Made by a program: the position numbers and the translations under genes. The notes below the pieces were generated by a model. That model was given only the letters and a program-made list of their open reading frames with translations, was not told where the DNA came from and made no database searches. Of a stretch of 32,000 bases of DNA, positions 8,535-16,239 are shown piece after piece. Origin of the DNA: Candidatus Jordarchaeales archaeon (GTDB lineage Archaea; Asgardarchaeota; Jordiarchaeia; Jordiarchaeales; Freyrarchaeaceae); NCBI GenBank assembly GCA_038889235.1, contig JAWAHN010000001.1:764499-796498 (forward strand), given 5' to 3'. The first letter of the stretch is position 1. Every line of letters starts with the position of its first letter.

Positions 8535-8684
8535 ACAATTTTCTTAATAAAAGTTTATCTTTACATAAGAATTCTGATTATAACAAGTTTTTAAATTGTT
8601 GTTTTCCTTAAGTTGGAGGAAGAAAAACATTAAAGTCTTCTTAGTTCGAGTTATTTTAAAGTAATTTTATATGGTGGGTAGCGC

Positions 8685-9725
8685 TTGGCTCGAAGCGCTG
8701 TTGTTTATCATTCAGAGTACCTTAATCACGGGGTTGATGACCATCCTGAGAACAGGAGGAGATTGGAAGTAGTTATGCAATTCTTGGAAAAAGAGGGAGT
8801 GTTAAGTGCTTCCCAGTTGAGGGTCGTTGAGCCCGAAAGAGCGAGCGTGGAAGATATTGCACTTAATCATGATTTAGAGTACATAGAGTATGTGCGTGTT
8901 CTTTCAGAGATAGGGGGTATGCTTGACCCGGATACTGTGGTCACTAAGGGTAGCTACGAGGTAGCTTTGAGGGCTGTGGGTGGCGGGATACTGGCGGCTA
9001 GACTTGTTGCTAGTGGCGAGTTCGCTAATGCTTTTGCTCTCGTTCGTCCACCTGGACACCATGCGGAGAAAGGTAGCGGACACGGTTTTTGCATATTTAA
9101 CAACGTGGCAATTGTCGCTCGTGTGCTTCTTAAGGAGGGTTTTAAGAAAATTATGATTGTAGACATAGACTGCCATCACGGTAACGGTACTCAGAATTCC
9201 TTTTACGATACCAGTGACGTTCTTTATCTGAGTCTTCATCAGTGGGGTATTTATCCTGGAACCGGTTGGTTGGAGGAGGTTGGGTGCGGAGAGGGTGAAG
9301 GATACACCGTCAATATTCCGCTTCCTTCGGGGACAGGGGATCAGGAGTACCTCTATGCGCTCGAGGAGATAATGGTGCCTATAGCGGATGACTATGCACC
9401 AGAGTTTATGCTGGTATCGGCTGGGTTTGACACGCATTACTCTGACCCTATAACTTCCATGAGTCTCACTTCTCGTGGTCACCGTAAAATAGCAGAAGTC
9501 ATCCTCGATACCGCGAAGAGAAAATGCGGTGGAAGGGTGGTTTTTGTCTTAGAGGGAGGGTATAGTCTTTCAGCAATACCGAAAAGCATAGCTAATATTC
9601 TATGCCTCATGGCTGGGGTGGATAAAGAGTGGGACGATAAAAAAGTTGAGGGTGTAGGGTTAGAGAAAGTCAAAAAGCGAGTTGAGGAAGTAAAACAGGT
9701 CCTTAAACCCTATTGGAAATTCTAG
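8685..9725 (+). CDS. Zn-dependent histone deacetylase-family (HDAC/AcuC) amidohydrolase
   Basis: Intact motifs HPENRRR, RPPGHHA, GFCIFNN, DIDCHHGNGTQ, SLHQ, YPGTG, NIPLP, SAGFDTH..DP, LEGGY. TTG start. Confidence 0.95.
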   Translation: MARSAVVYHSEYLNHGVDDHPENRRRLEVVMQFLEKEGVLSASQLRVVEPERASVEDIALNHDLEYIEYVRVLSEIGGMLDPDTVVTKGSYEVALRAVGGGILAARLVASGEFANAFALVRPPGHHAEKGSGHGFCIFNNVAIVARVLLKEGFKKIMIVDIDCHHGNGTQNSFYDTSDVLYLSLHQWGIYPGTGWLEEVGCGEGEGYTVNIPLPSGTGDQEYLYALEEIMVPIADDYAPEFMLVSAGFDTHYSDPITSMSLTSRGHRKIAEVILDTAKRKCGGRVVFVLEGGYSLSAIPKSIANILCLMAGVDKEWDDKKVEGVGLEKVKKRVEEVKQVLKPYWKF

Positions 9726-9740
9726 TTGAAGGTGGTGTGA

Positions 9741-10934
9741 TTGAAACTATTCAGGATTGCAACAGAAGAAGAAATTAAATCGGGTAAAACAACAGATGTG
9801 TACTTCCTAAGAACTGTTGAAGTCTTAAAGAAAAAAGGTCTTGACGGAGTGAAGGTTACAGCTGAGGCGACAACTGGTTCATTGCCCAGGTCTTGGCCTT
9901 GGGCTGTGCTGGCAGGTGTGTCAGAAGTAGCACATTTGCTGGAGGGGAAAAACGTCGACGTTTATTCAATGCCTGAAGGGACCATTTTTAGACCGAGCGA
10001 CTACAAAGGGTTTCGAGAGCCTGTGATGGTTGTTGAGGGAGCCTACGGTGAGTTCGCTGTGCTTGAAACCCCTATGCTTGGACTCATATGTCAGGCTTCG
10101 GGGATAGCAACGTCTGCTGCAAGACTGCGCAAGCTTGCTCCAAACAAACTAATCCTTTCGTTCGGTATAAGACGAATGCACCCGGCAATCAGCCCTTTAA
10201 TAGACTACTGCTGTTACATAGGAGGGCTGGACGGAGTTTCCGGCGTTCTTGGAGCTGAGCTGCTAGGCATACAGCCAAGTGGAACTATGCCACATGCGCT
10301 TATAATAGTATTCGGCGACCAAGTTAAGGCATGGAAGGCTTTCGACGAAGTCTTGCCCGCCGAAGTTCCTAGGATAGCATTATGCGACACTTGGTTTGAC
10401 GAAAAAACTGAGGTAATAATGGCTGCTGAGGCACTTGGAAACAAGCTTTGGGGGGTACGCTTAGACACGCCGAGCAGCAGAAGAGGAGATTTCGCCGCAA
10501 TAGTAAGAGAGATCAGATGGGAATTAGATATAAGAGGCTACAAGAACGTCAAAATACTCGTTTCAGGCGGAATAGGGGAGGAAGAGATAAAGCAGCTTAG
10601 TGAAGCGGGAGTAGATGGATTTGGCGTGGGGACATGGTGCAGTAATTCTCCTGTAGTCGATTTCGCCCTCGATATAGTGGAAATTTCAGGAAGACCTGTA
10701 GCCAAGAGAGGTAAACTTGGAGGCAAGAAACAAGTTTGGAGGTGCAAGAAGTGTTTCATAGACGTGGTGAAGCCGGCAAAAGAGGAAACACCCCCAGAAT
10801 GCCCGAACTGCAAAACGAGAATGGAGGCGATGCTACAGCCGTTAATAAAAGGCGGGGAAATAGTGGCAGAGCTTCCATCACCACAGGAGATCAGGAGATA
10901 CGTTTTAGATCAACTATCCAGAGTAACCATCTAA
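9741..10934 (+). CDS. pncB: Nicotinate phosphoribosyltransferase, archaeal type with C-terminal Zn-knuckle
   Basis: Motifs TDVYFLRT, SFGIRRMHP, GTMPHALI, LCDT, GVRLDTPSSRRG, VSGG, GFGVGT, KRGKLGG. CKKC...CPNC near the C-terminus. Confidence 0.93.
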   Translation: MKLFRIATEEEIKSGKTTDVYFLRTVEVLKKKGLDGVKVTAEATTGSLPRSWPWAVLAGVSEVAHLLEGKNVDVYSMPEGTIFRPSDYKGFREPVMVVEGAYGEFAVLETPMLGLICQASGIATSAARLRKLAPNKLILSFGIRRMHPAISPLIDYCCYIGGLDGVSGVLGAELLGIQPSGTMPHALIIVFGDQVKAWKAFDEVLPAEVPRIALCDTWFDEKTEVIMAAEALGNKLWGVRLDTPSSRRGDFAAIVREIRWELDIRGYKNVKILVSGGIGEEEIKQLSEAGVDGFGVGTWCSNSPVVDFALDIVEISGRPVAKRGKLGGKKQVWRCKKCFIDVVKPAKEETPPECPNCKTRMEAMLQPLIKGGEIVAELPSPQEIRRYVLDQLSRVTI

Positions 10935-11000
10935 TTTTCCATAAAATAAATTAATTAGACTGAAAGTTATCTAACTAAAAATGTTCTCCAAAGTTACATA

Positions 11001-11014
11001 GAAAAAGATATAAG
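11001..11014 (+). promoter_or_regulatory. BRE/TATA promoter of the homocitrate synthase gene
   Basis: GAAAAAGATATAAG lies about 50 nt upstream of ATG 11065 and resembles the tRNA promoter. Confidence 0.55.
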
Positions 11015-11064
11015 TCTTAGTTAATCCTTGGCTCTGAGAGCTTGTCTCTACGACGTGAGAGAAA

Positions 11065-12480
11065 ATGAATAAGAAAGTTATTTTGCTAGATTCAACGCTA
11101 CGTGAAGGAGAACAGACTCCAGGTGTATCGTTTACTATCGAAGAGAAACTCGAGATTGCAAAAATGCTTGATGAAGTCGGCGTCGGCATGATAGAAGCAG
11201 GATCCCCCATGGTCTCAGAAGGTGTTAAGGAAGCGGTAAGGAGGATAGCAAACGAGTCTCTAAGAGCAGAAGTTATCGCTCACGTCAGAGCTGTTAAAGA
11301 GGACATAGACTTAGCTATCAATTGCGGAGTAGACAGAGTCGCCATATTCATGGGAACATCACCTATACATAGGATAGCAAAATTCAAGATGAGTGAGGAA
11401 GAAATAATCAGAAAAGTCGTTGACGCAATTGAATATGCTAAAGACCACGGGGTTAAAGTGAGATTTACTCCCGAAGATGCTACAAGGACTGAAAGAGAAT
11501 ACTTAGTTAAAATATGTTCGGCGGCCGTAGATGCAGGAGCGGATAGAATAAGCGTGGCGGACACCGTTGGAATAATGACCCCTGAAGGCATGTATGAACT
11601 TGTTTCATTTCTCTCCAGCAAACTAAAAGGCGCAGGCTTAGACGTCCACTGCCATAACGACCTAGGATTAGCAGTCGCTAACTCTCTTGCAGGAGTGAAA
11701 GCTGGAGCCAATGTCGTCCACGTTACAGTAAACGGTCTTGGTGAAAGGGCGGGTATAGCATCCCTCGCAGAGGTTGCCGTTGCCTTAAAAGTATTGATGG
11801 GCATAGATCCCGGAATAAAATATCACTTATTAACTGAACTCTCAAGCATGGTTGAAAGGTACAGTGGAGTATACTTGTCCCCACACACCCCGATAGTTGG
11901 AGTTAATGCCTTTTCTCACAAAGCAGGAGTTCACGTCGCAGCAGTTCTTGCAGACCCAAGAACATACGAAGCCTTTGACCCCTCAATTCTAGGCAGAAGC
12001 AGAAAGATAGTAGTTGACAGGTACGCAGGGAAACATGCCGTCAAAGCAAAACTGGACGAGTTAGGAGTAGAAGTAAATGACGAACAGCTAGAAAAAATAA
12101 CGAAGAAAATAAAAGAGCTTTCCGACAAGAAGAAGCGCATAGAGAATTCCGATATTCTATCCATAGCTGAGGAAGTTCTTGGAAGAAACATTAGCGGCGT
12201 AACACCTGAAGGTGTAATGGGAATCGTTCTAGTAAAAGTTGAGTCACACGTCTATACAACGAACATAATAAGGAAAATTATAAACATTCCAGGAGTAGAG
12301 AATGCTTTCGAAGTAAGCGGAGAGTATGACGTGGTGGTGTACGTTCAAGCGAAAAACATGAACGAACTAAACGAGTGTATAGAAGCTATAAGAAGCGTGA
12401 GAGGAGTCGAAAGAACAACTACTAAGATAGTACTGAAAAAGTTCGACGGACAAACAAAATACAAAAACCGAAGCCGATGA
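11065..12480 (+). CDS. Homocitrate synthase with C-terminal RAM (Lrp/AsnC ligand-binding) domain
   Basis: DSTLREGEQ (the Glu variant typical of homocitrate synthases), HCHNDLGLA, GLGERAG, HKAGVH. C-terminal ~12214-12440 GIVLVKV...IPGVENAFEVSGEYDVVV...IRSVRGVERTTT is a RAM/AsnC fold. A LysW operon in the same window fits this role. Confidence 0.85.
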   Translation: MNKKVILLDSTLREGEQTPGVSFTIEEKLEIAKMLDEVGVGMIEAGSPMVSEGVKEAVRRIANESLRAEVIAHVRAVKEDIDLAINCGVDRVAIFMGTSPIHRIAKFKMSEEEIIRKVVDAIEYAKDHGVKVRFTPEDATRTEREYLVKICSAAVDAGADRISVADTVGIMTPEGMYELVSFLSSKLKGAGLDVHCHNDLGLAVANSLAGVKAGANVVHVTVNGLGERAGIASLAEVAVALKVLMGIDPGIKYHLLTELSSMVERYSGVYLSPHTPIVGVNAFSHKAGVHVAAVLADPRTYEAFDPSILGRSRKIVVDRYAGKHAVKAKLDELGVEVNDEQLEKITKKIKELSDKKKRIENSDILSIAEEVLGRNISGVTPEGVMGIVLVKVESHVYTTNIIRKIINIPGVENAFEVSGEYDVVVYVQAKNMNELNECIEAIRSVRGVERTTTKIVLKKFDGQTKYKNRSR

Positions 12481-12528
12481 AGAGGACAATACCAGCAGAG
12501 TGGTTGGTTCCCTCATTTTAGTTTTTCT

Positions 12529-13806
12529 TCATGTTTTCCGTCTCGCTATGAATATACAGTTTTCATTTCCACGAGCAGCGCATTCAACTTCTTCAACAAC
12601 GTAAGGATACTCATATGTTGCCTCCAAAAGCCCTCTTATGACCCCCTTGAAGTTAAAACAAACAGGAATTTTATATATCCTCTTGGGGTGAACCATTATC
12701 GAATTCTTGACCCTCACCTTTATCATTGAAGGAGCGTTCCTCATATCTGGTTCCACAAGACCCCATCCAGCCAAGCTCACTGTCTCGAGGCCTCTAATAA
12801 AAAGCTCATCTTCTGAAAAGGGAAAAGTCTCTTTCAGACGACGTATGGTTCTATAAGCGGTAAGGTAACTGGCATTCTCTATGGCTGAACCTATTTCTTC
12901 TATTATATTTGACTCTATACCTTTCCTAACTATTTCGTGTAGGAATATTGCTGGTAGAAGGGTTATGCGCCCAAACTCACCTATCACTTGGCTCCTAATG
13001 TTTCCTTCAGGGTCCATTAAAACTGTTGTCTTCATAGAATCAAAAGAAGACAGTATATCATTTCCGATGAGCACCTCACGCTCTCTAAACTTCAGCGAGT
13101 AAGGGGTTGCTATGCGGACACACGGCAACCCAGCATTTTTTATTACAGTGATAAAGTTTTTCATTATTCCTTTATACTCAGAACTTCTAAGTTCTATTAC
13201 AGTATCAGCAATGTGCTCTGCAGTAGCCACAACACTACGTTCATGCATCTCTTTATTTAAAGAAGTGAAAAATAGGTCGTTTAATAGCTTAATTTTTGAC
13301 TTGATATCCCAAAGAAAGTGTAAACATCTGTCTGGGTCTCCCGTGGAGAAAATAGTTGTTGAGAACTGGTTGTAAATCCATGTGACTTTCATTTCAGGAT
13401 ATGGAATGCCTTTAAGCTTTTCATTTCTAAACTTTCTTATTACATACATTATGTGGTTCAGATCGTTCGTTTTTGAAACAATTTCGACATTTAAGTTAGA
13501 AGGAACAGACACGCCCATAGAGCTACTAAAAAGATCAATGTAAAACAGACGGTTTTCCTTTATAGCCTCGCCTGTAATTTCGGGGGCATAAAGTTGGGGA
13601 TAAGTTTGGGATGGAGGATCTGTAGTGATTAAAATAAGGGTTTCACCCCGTTCTAAAAGATTTAAACCCAACATTCCAAGTAAGGCTGAAGCGTCTTGGG
13701 AAGTACCACTATCACAAAGAATTAGGACTACTGAACCACGGGGGATGCCACCTCCACACAGGAAATCCAAACCCGCAATTCCAGTACTTGAAAGGTTTTC
13801 ATGCAA
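12529..13806 (-). CDS. KaiC/RAD55-like RecA-fold domain with degenerate nucleotide motifs fused to a C-terminal V4R domain
   Basis: N-terminal STGIAGLDFLCGGGIPRGSVVLI is KaiC/RAD55-like, but the Walker A position reads CDSGTSQD. The C-terminal GWG...PVCFNFKGVIRG...EVECAARGNENCIF is the V4R signature. Confidence 0.8.
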   Translation of the reverse strand: MHENLSSTGIAGLDFLCGGGIPRGSVVLILCDSGTSQDASALLGMLGLNLLERGETLILITTDPPSQTYPQLYAPEITGEAIKENRLFYIDLFSSSMGVSVPSNLNVEIVSKTNDLNHIMYVIRKFRNEKLKGIPYPEMKVTWIYNQFSTTIFSTGDPDRCLHFLWDIKSKIKLLNDLFFTSLNKEMHERSVVATAEHIADTVIELRSSEYKGIMKNFITVIKNAGLPCVRIATPYSLKFREREVLIGNDILSSFDSMKTTVLMDPEGNIRSQVIGEFGRITLLPAIFLHEIVRKGIESNIIEEIGSAIENASYLTAYRTIRRLKETFPFSEDELFIRGLETVSLAGWGLVEPDMRNAPSMIKVRVKNSIMVHPKRIYKIPVCFNFKGVIRGLLEATYEYPYVVEEVECAARGNENCIFIARRKT

Positions 13807-13885
13807 CCTTCTTCGCCACCTAAAAATTCACCTAAAAGATTTCAATAAAACATTTTTATCATCCAATGTTAACTATCTTTGTAAG

Positions 13886-13902
13886 TATTTATTTATCTTT
13901 TC
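13886..13902 (-). promoter_or_regulatory. BRE/TATA promoter of the KaiC-V4R gene
   Basis: The minus strand reads GAAAAGATAAATAAATA in the AT-rich gap between atpA and this gene, matching the other promoters. Confidence 0.5.
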
Positions 13903-13928
13903 CCATAGTTCTTTCGAAAAATGTAGTT

Positions 13929-13935
13929 AAAAAAA
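13929..13935 (-). terminator. Oligo-T tract downstream of atpA (putative archaeal terminator)
   Basis: T7 run on the minus strand about 24 nt after the atpA stop. Confidence 0.35.
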
Positions 13936-13958
13936 GTAAGTTTTGGAAAATAAACAAC

Positions 13959-15749
13959 TTAAATTGTTGATTCTACAACAAGATTCTTAAAGGACTCCTC
14001 CATTTTTTCAAGGAGGGTCTCTACGTATTCTTCAATTTTATCGTTAGGTACAACTTTCATGCGTGCAATTTCGTCTTTTACGGGAAGTTTTAGAATGTTC
14101 GATATTGGCACGCCCTTAGAAACGCTGTCTTGCATCATGTGATAGAATGTTATTATTGTCTTCAGCATCAAGTACGATTTTTTCGGGTCGCAAAACGTGT
14201 CGATAGGGTGAAGTGCTGACTGCTGCAGGAAGTCTTCTCTTATCATTCTAGCGGCTTCAAGAATTACACGTTCACTTTCTGGTAAGGCGTCCGGACCAAC
14301 TAACTGAACTATTTCTTTGAGTTCTTCCTCTCGTTGTAACAAGAACATTGCTTCTTTACGTAGCTCGGGGAACTCTGGGCTAACTTCACGCCTAAACCAG
14401 TCCTCTAAGTTTTCAAGGTAGAGACTGTAGCTTTGAAGCCAGTGTATAGCGGGGAAGTGCCTTCTACTTGCCAGGTCTTTGTTGAGCGCCCAGAAAACTT
14501 TGACTACACGTAACGTGTTAGTGGTAACTGGCTCACTGAAGTCTCCTCCAGGCGGAGAAACTGCTCCGCAAATCGTGACTGAGCCGTACCTCGGGTTATC
14601 TTCAGTGGACCCTAAAGTTATTACTCGGCCGGCTCTCTCATAGAACTCTGCGAGCCTAGACCCAAGGTATGCGGGGAACCCTTCTTCTCCAGGCATTTCC
14701 TCAAGACGCCCACTTATTTCGCGCAGGGCTTCAGCCCACCTAGAAGTAGAGTCAGCCATGAGAGCTACGTTGTATCCCTGGTCTCTAAAGTATTCTGCAA
14801 TCGTAATTCCAGTGTAAATTGACGCTTCTCTGGCGGCTACGGGCATATTGCTTGTGTTGGCGATAAGAACAGTTCTGTTCATTAGAGGCTCTCCGGTTCG
14901 GGGGTCTTCTAGCTTTGGGAAATCTTCCAAGACCTCGGTCATCTCGTTTCCACGTTCTCCGCAACCGACATATACTATTATGTCTGCAGATGCAAATTTA
15001 GCTAGTTGGTGCAACATGACTGTTTTGCCTGTTCCGAAGCCGCCAGGTATGGCTGCTGTACCGCCCATAGCTACGGGGAAGAAAGTGTCAATTACTCTTT
15101 GCCCCGTTATTAGTGGGACGGATGACTCCAACTTTTTCAGTACAGGCCTCGGCTGCCTTACAGGCCACTTCGTCATTAGTTTTACCTCTTGAGTCACTCC
15201 TTTACGAGTTTCTATTTTCGCTATGGTATCCGTAACAAGATATTCCCCCTCAGGGGCTATTTCAACTATTTTTCCTTCCACACCTACCGGGACTAATACT
15301 CTTATAGTCACAAGTCTCTTCTCAGGAACTTCACCTATTATCTGTCCTTGAACGACGTAATCACCTTCTTTGACAAGCGGAGTGAAATGCCACTTCTTGT
15401 TTCTGGGAAGAGCCTCCGCAACCGCTCCTCTTTTTATGAAGTCACCTGTTAGCTCCCTTATTCTAGGCAGGGGGCGCTGTATACCGTCAAAAATCTGGCC
15501 AATTAACCCTGGGCCAAGTTCCGCAGAAAGAGGCATTCCTGTTGCGATGACAGGTTCTCCCGGTCTTAATCCCGAAGTTTCCTCGTATACCTGTATTGTT
15601 GCCTTGTCGCCCTCAACCCTATTTACTTCCCCTATCAGTCTCTCTTCTCCAACCATGCAAACTTCGTACATTTGAACTCCTACAAGTCCTTCAGCCTCCA
15701 CAACAGGACCAGAAACCCTTACGATTCTTCCTTCCTTTTCTCTAGGCAT
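13959..15749 (-). CDS. atpA: A/V-type ATP synthase catalytic subunit A
   Basis: Motifs [21 protein letters not shown], Walker [50 protein letters not shown]. No intein. Start at ATG 15749 (MPREK) or upstream at 15758/15785. Confidence 0.97.
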   Translation of the reverse strand: MPREKEGRIVRVSGPVVEAEGLVGVQMYEVCMVGEERLIGEVNRVEGDKATIQVYEETSGLRPGEPVIATGMPLSAELGPGLIGQIFDGIQRPLPRIRELTGDFIKRGAVAEALPRNKKWHFTPLVKEGDYVVQGQIIGEVPEKRLVTIRVLVPVGVEGKIVEIAPEGEYLVTDTIAKIETRKGVTQEVKLMTKWPVRQPRPVLKKLESSVPLITGQRVIDTFFPVAMGGTAAIPGGFGTGKTVMLHQLAKFASADIIVYVGCGERGNEMTEVLEDFPKLEDPRTGEPLMNRTVLIANTSNMPVAAREASIYTGITIAEYFRDQGYNVALMADSTSRWAEALREISGRLEEMPGEEGFPAYLGSRLAEFYERAGRVITLGSTEDNPRYGSVTICGAVSPPGGDFSEPVTTNTLRVVKVFWALNKDLASRRHFPAIHWLQSYSLYLENLEDWFRREVSPEFPELRKEAMFLLQREEELKEIVQLVGPDALPESERVILEAARMIREDFLQQSALHPIDTFCDPKKSYLMLKTIITFYHMMQDSVSKGVPISNILKLPVKDEIARMKVVPNDKIEEYVETLLEKMEESFKNLVVESTI

Positions 15750-15852
15750 TCGAATCATCTCCATCATCGGGAAATCTTCCACCATTTAGTGACATGGGCA
15801 TCCTTTTAAAAATTTGGCATGAGTCAGTTTTCTTGAAGAAAAAAGGTAACAT

Positions 15853-16191
15853 TTACCAAGTTGCCAGAACATTGTATGCCACCGTCCACAGGGTGATCCA
15901 GAGAAAGAGTGCAGTTATGATCCCAGAAGTGAAAAACGGAGACCACCCGCCAAGCTGTTGGGGGGTTATCTTCAAAATGATGCGCGAAAGAAGAAACGGA
16001 AGTATGAGAATCAAAGTTAACCCAAAAAGCGCTGCTATAGTGGAAGCTAGCGAAGGCCATATCAAGTCGAAGACGAACGAGTTAAGCACTGGTCTTATTA
16101 TGGTACTCACCACTGATGCGAGCACTGCTGTTGCGCTTCTAATCCACCACACTTTTTCTTTAGGAGGTTGCGCTTCCCATTTTTCCTTCAA
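15853..16191 (-). CDS. Small 3-TM membrane protein resembling the EMC6/Rab5-interacting protein family
   Basis: 112 aa with three hydrophobic segments. The C-terminal PFFTSGIITALFLWITLWTVAYNV aligns without gaps to human EMC6 as I remember it ([24 protein letters not shown]). The N-terminal W-I-R matches the EMC6 Y-C-R position. Confidence 0.65.
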   Translation of the reverse strand: MKEKWEAQPPKEKVWWIRSATAVLASVVSTIIRPVLNSFVFDLIWPSLASTIAALFGLTLILILPFLLSRIILKITPQQLGGWSPFFTSGIITALFLWITLWTVAYNVLATW

Positions 16192-16239
16192 CCTAGAAAG
16201 AAACCTCTTCGTATTATCACCTCCTTAGGAGGGGTCTTC

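Noticed and set aside
8281-8538. 85-aa minus-strand ORF
   Set aside because: It is the reverse complement of the intron-containing tRNA gene and its promoter.
8618-8641. AGAAGA-N12-TCTTCT inverted repeat upstream of the deacetylase
   Set aside because: Short, low-complexity arms in AT-rich DNA; not repeated elsewhere that I could find.
10736-10820. CxxC...CxxC insertion in PncB as a novel fusion
   Set aside because: A C-terminal Zn-knuckle is a known feature of archaeal nicotinate phosphoribosyltransferases.
12214-12440. Lrp/AsnC-type domain on a biosynthetic enzyme as a novel enzyme-regulator fusion
   Set aside because: RAM-domain homocitrate synthases are already known from Sulfolobales, and no HTH is present.
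15794-16228. 144-aa plus-strand ORF
   Set aside because: Antisense to the EMC6-like gene, which has coherent TM topology and a family-like motif.
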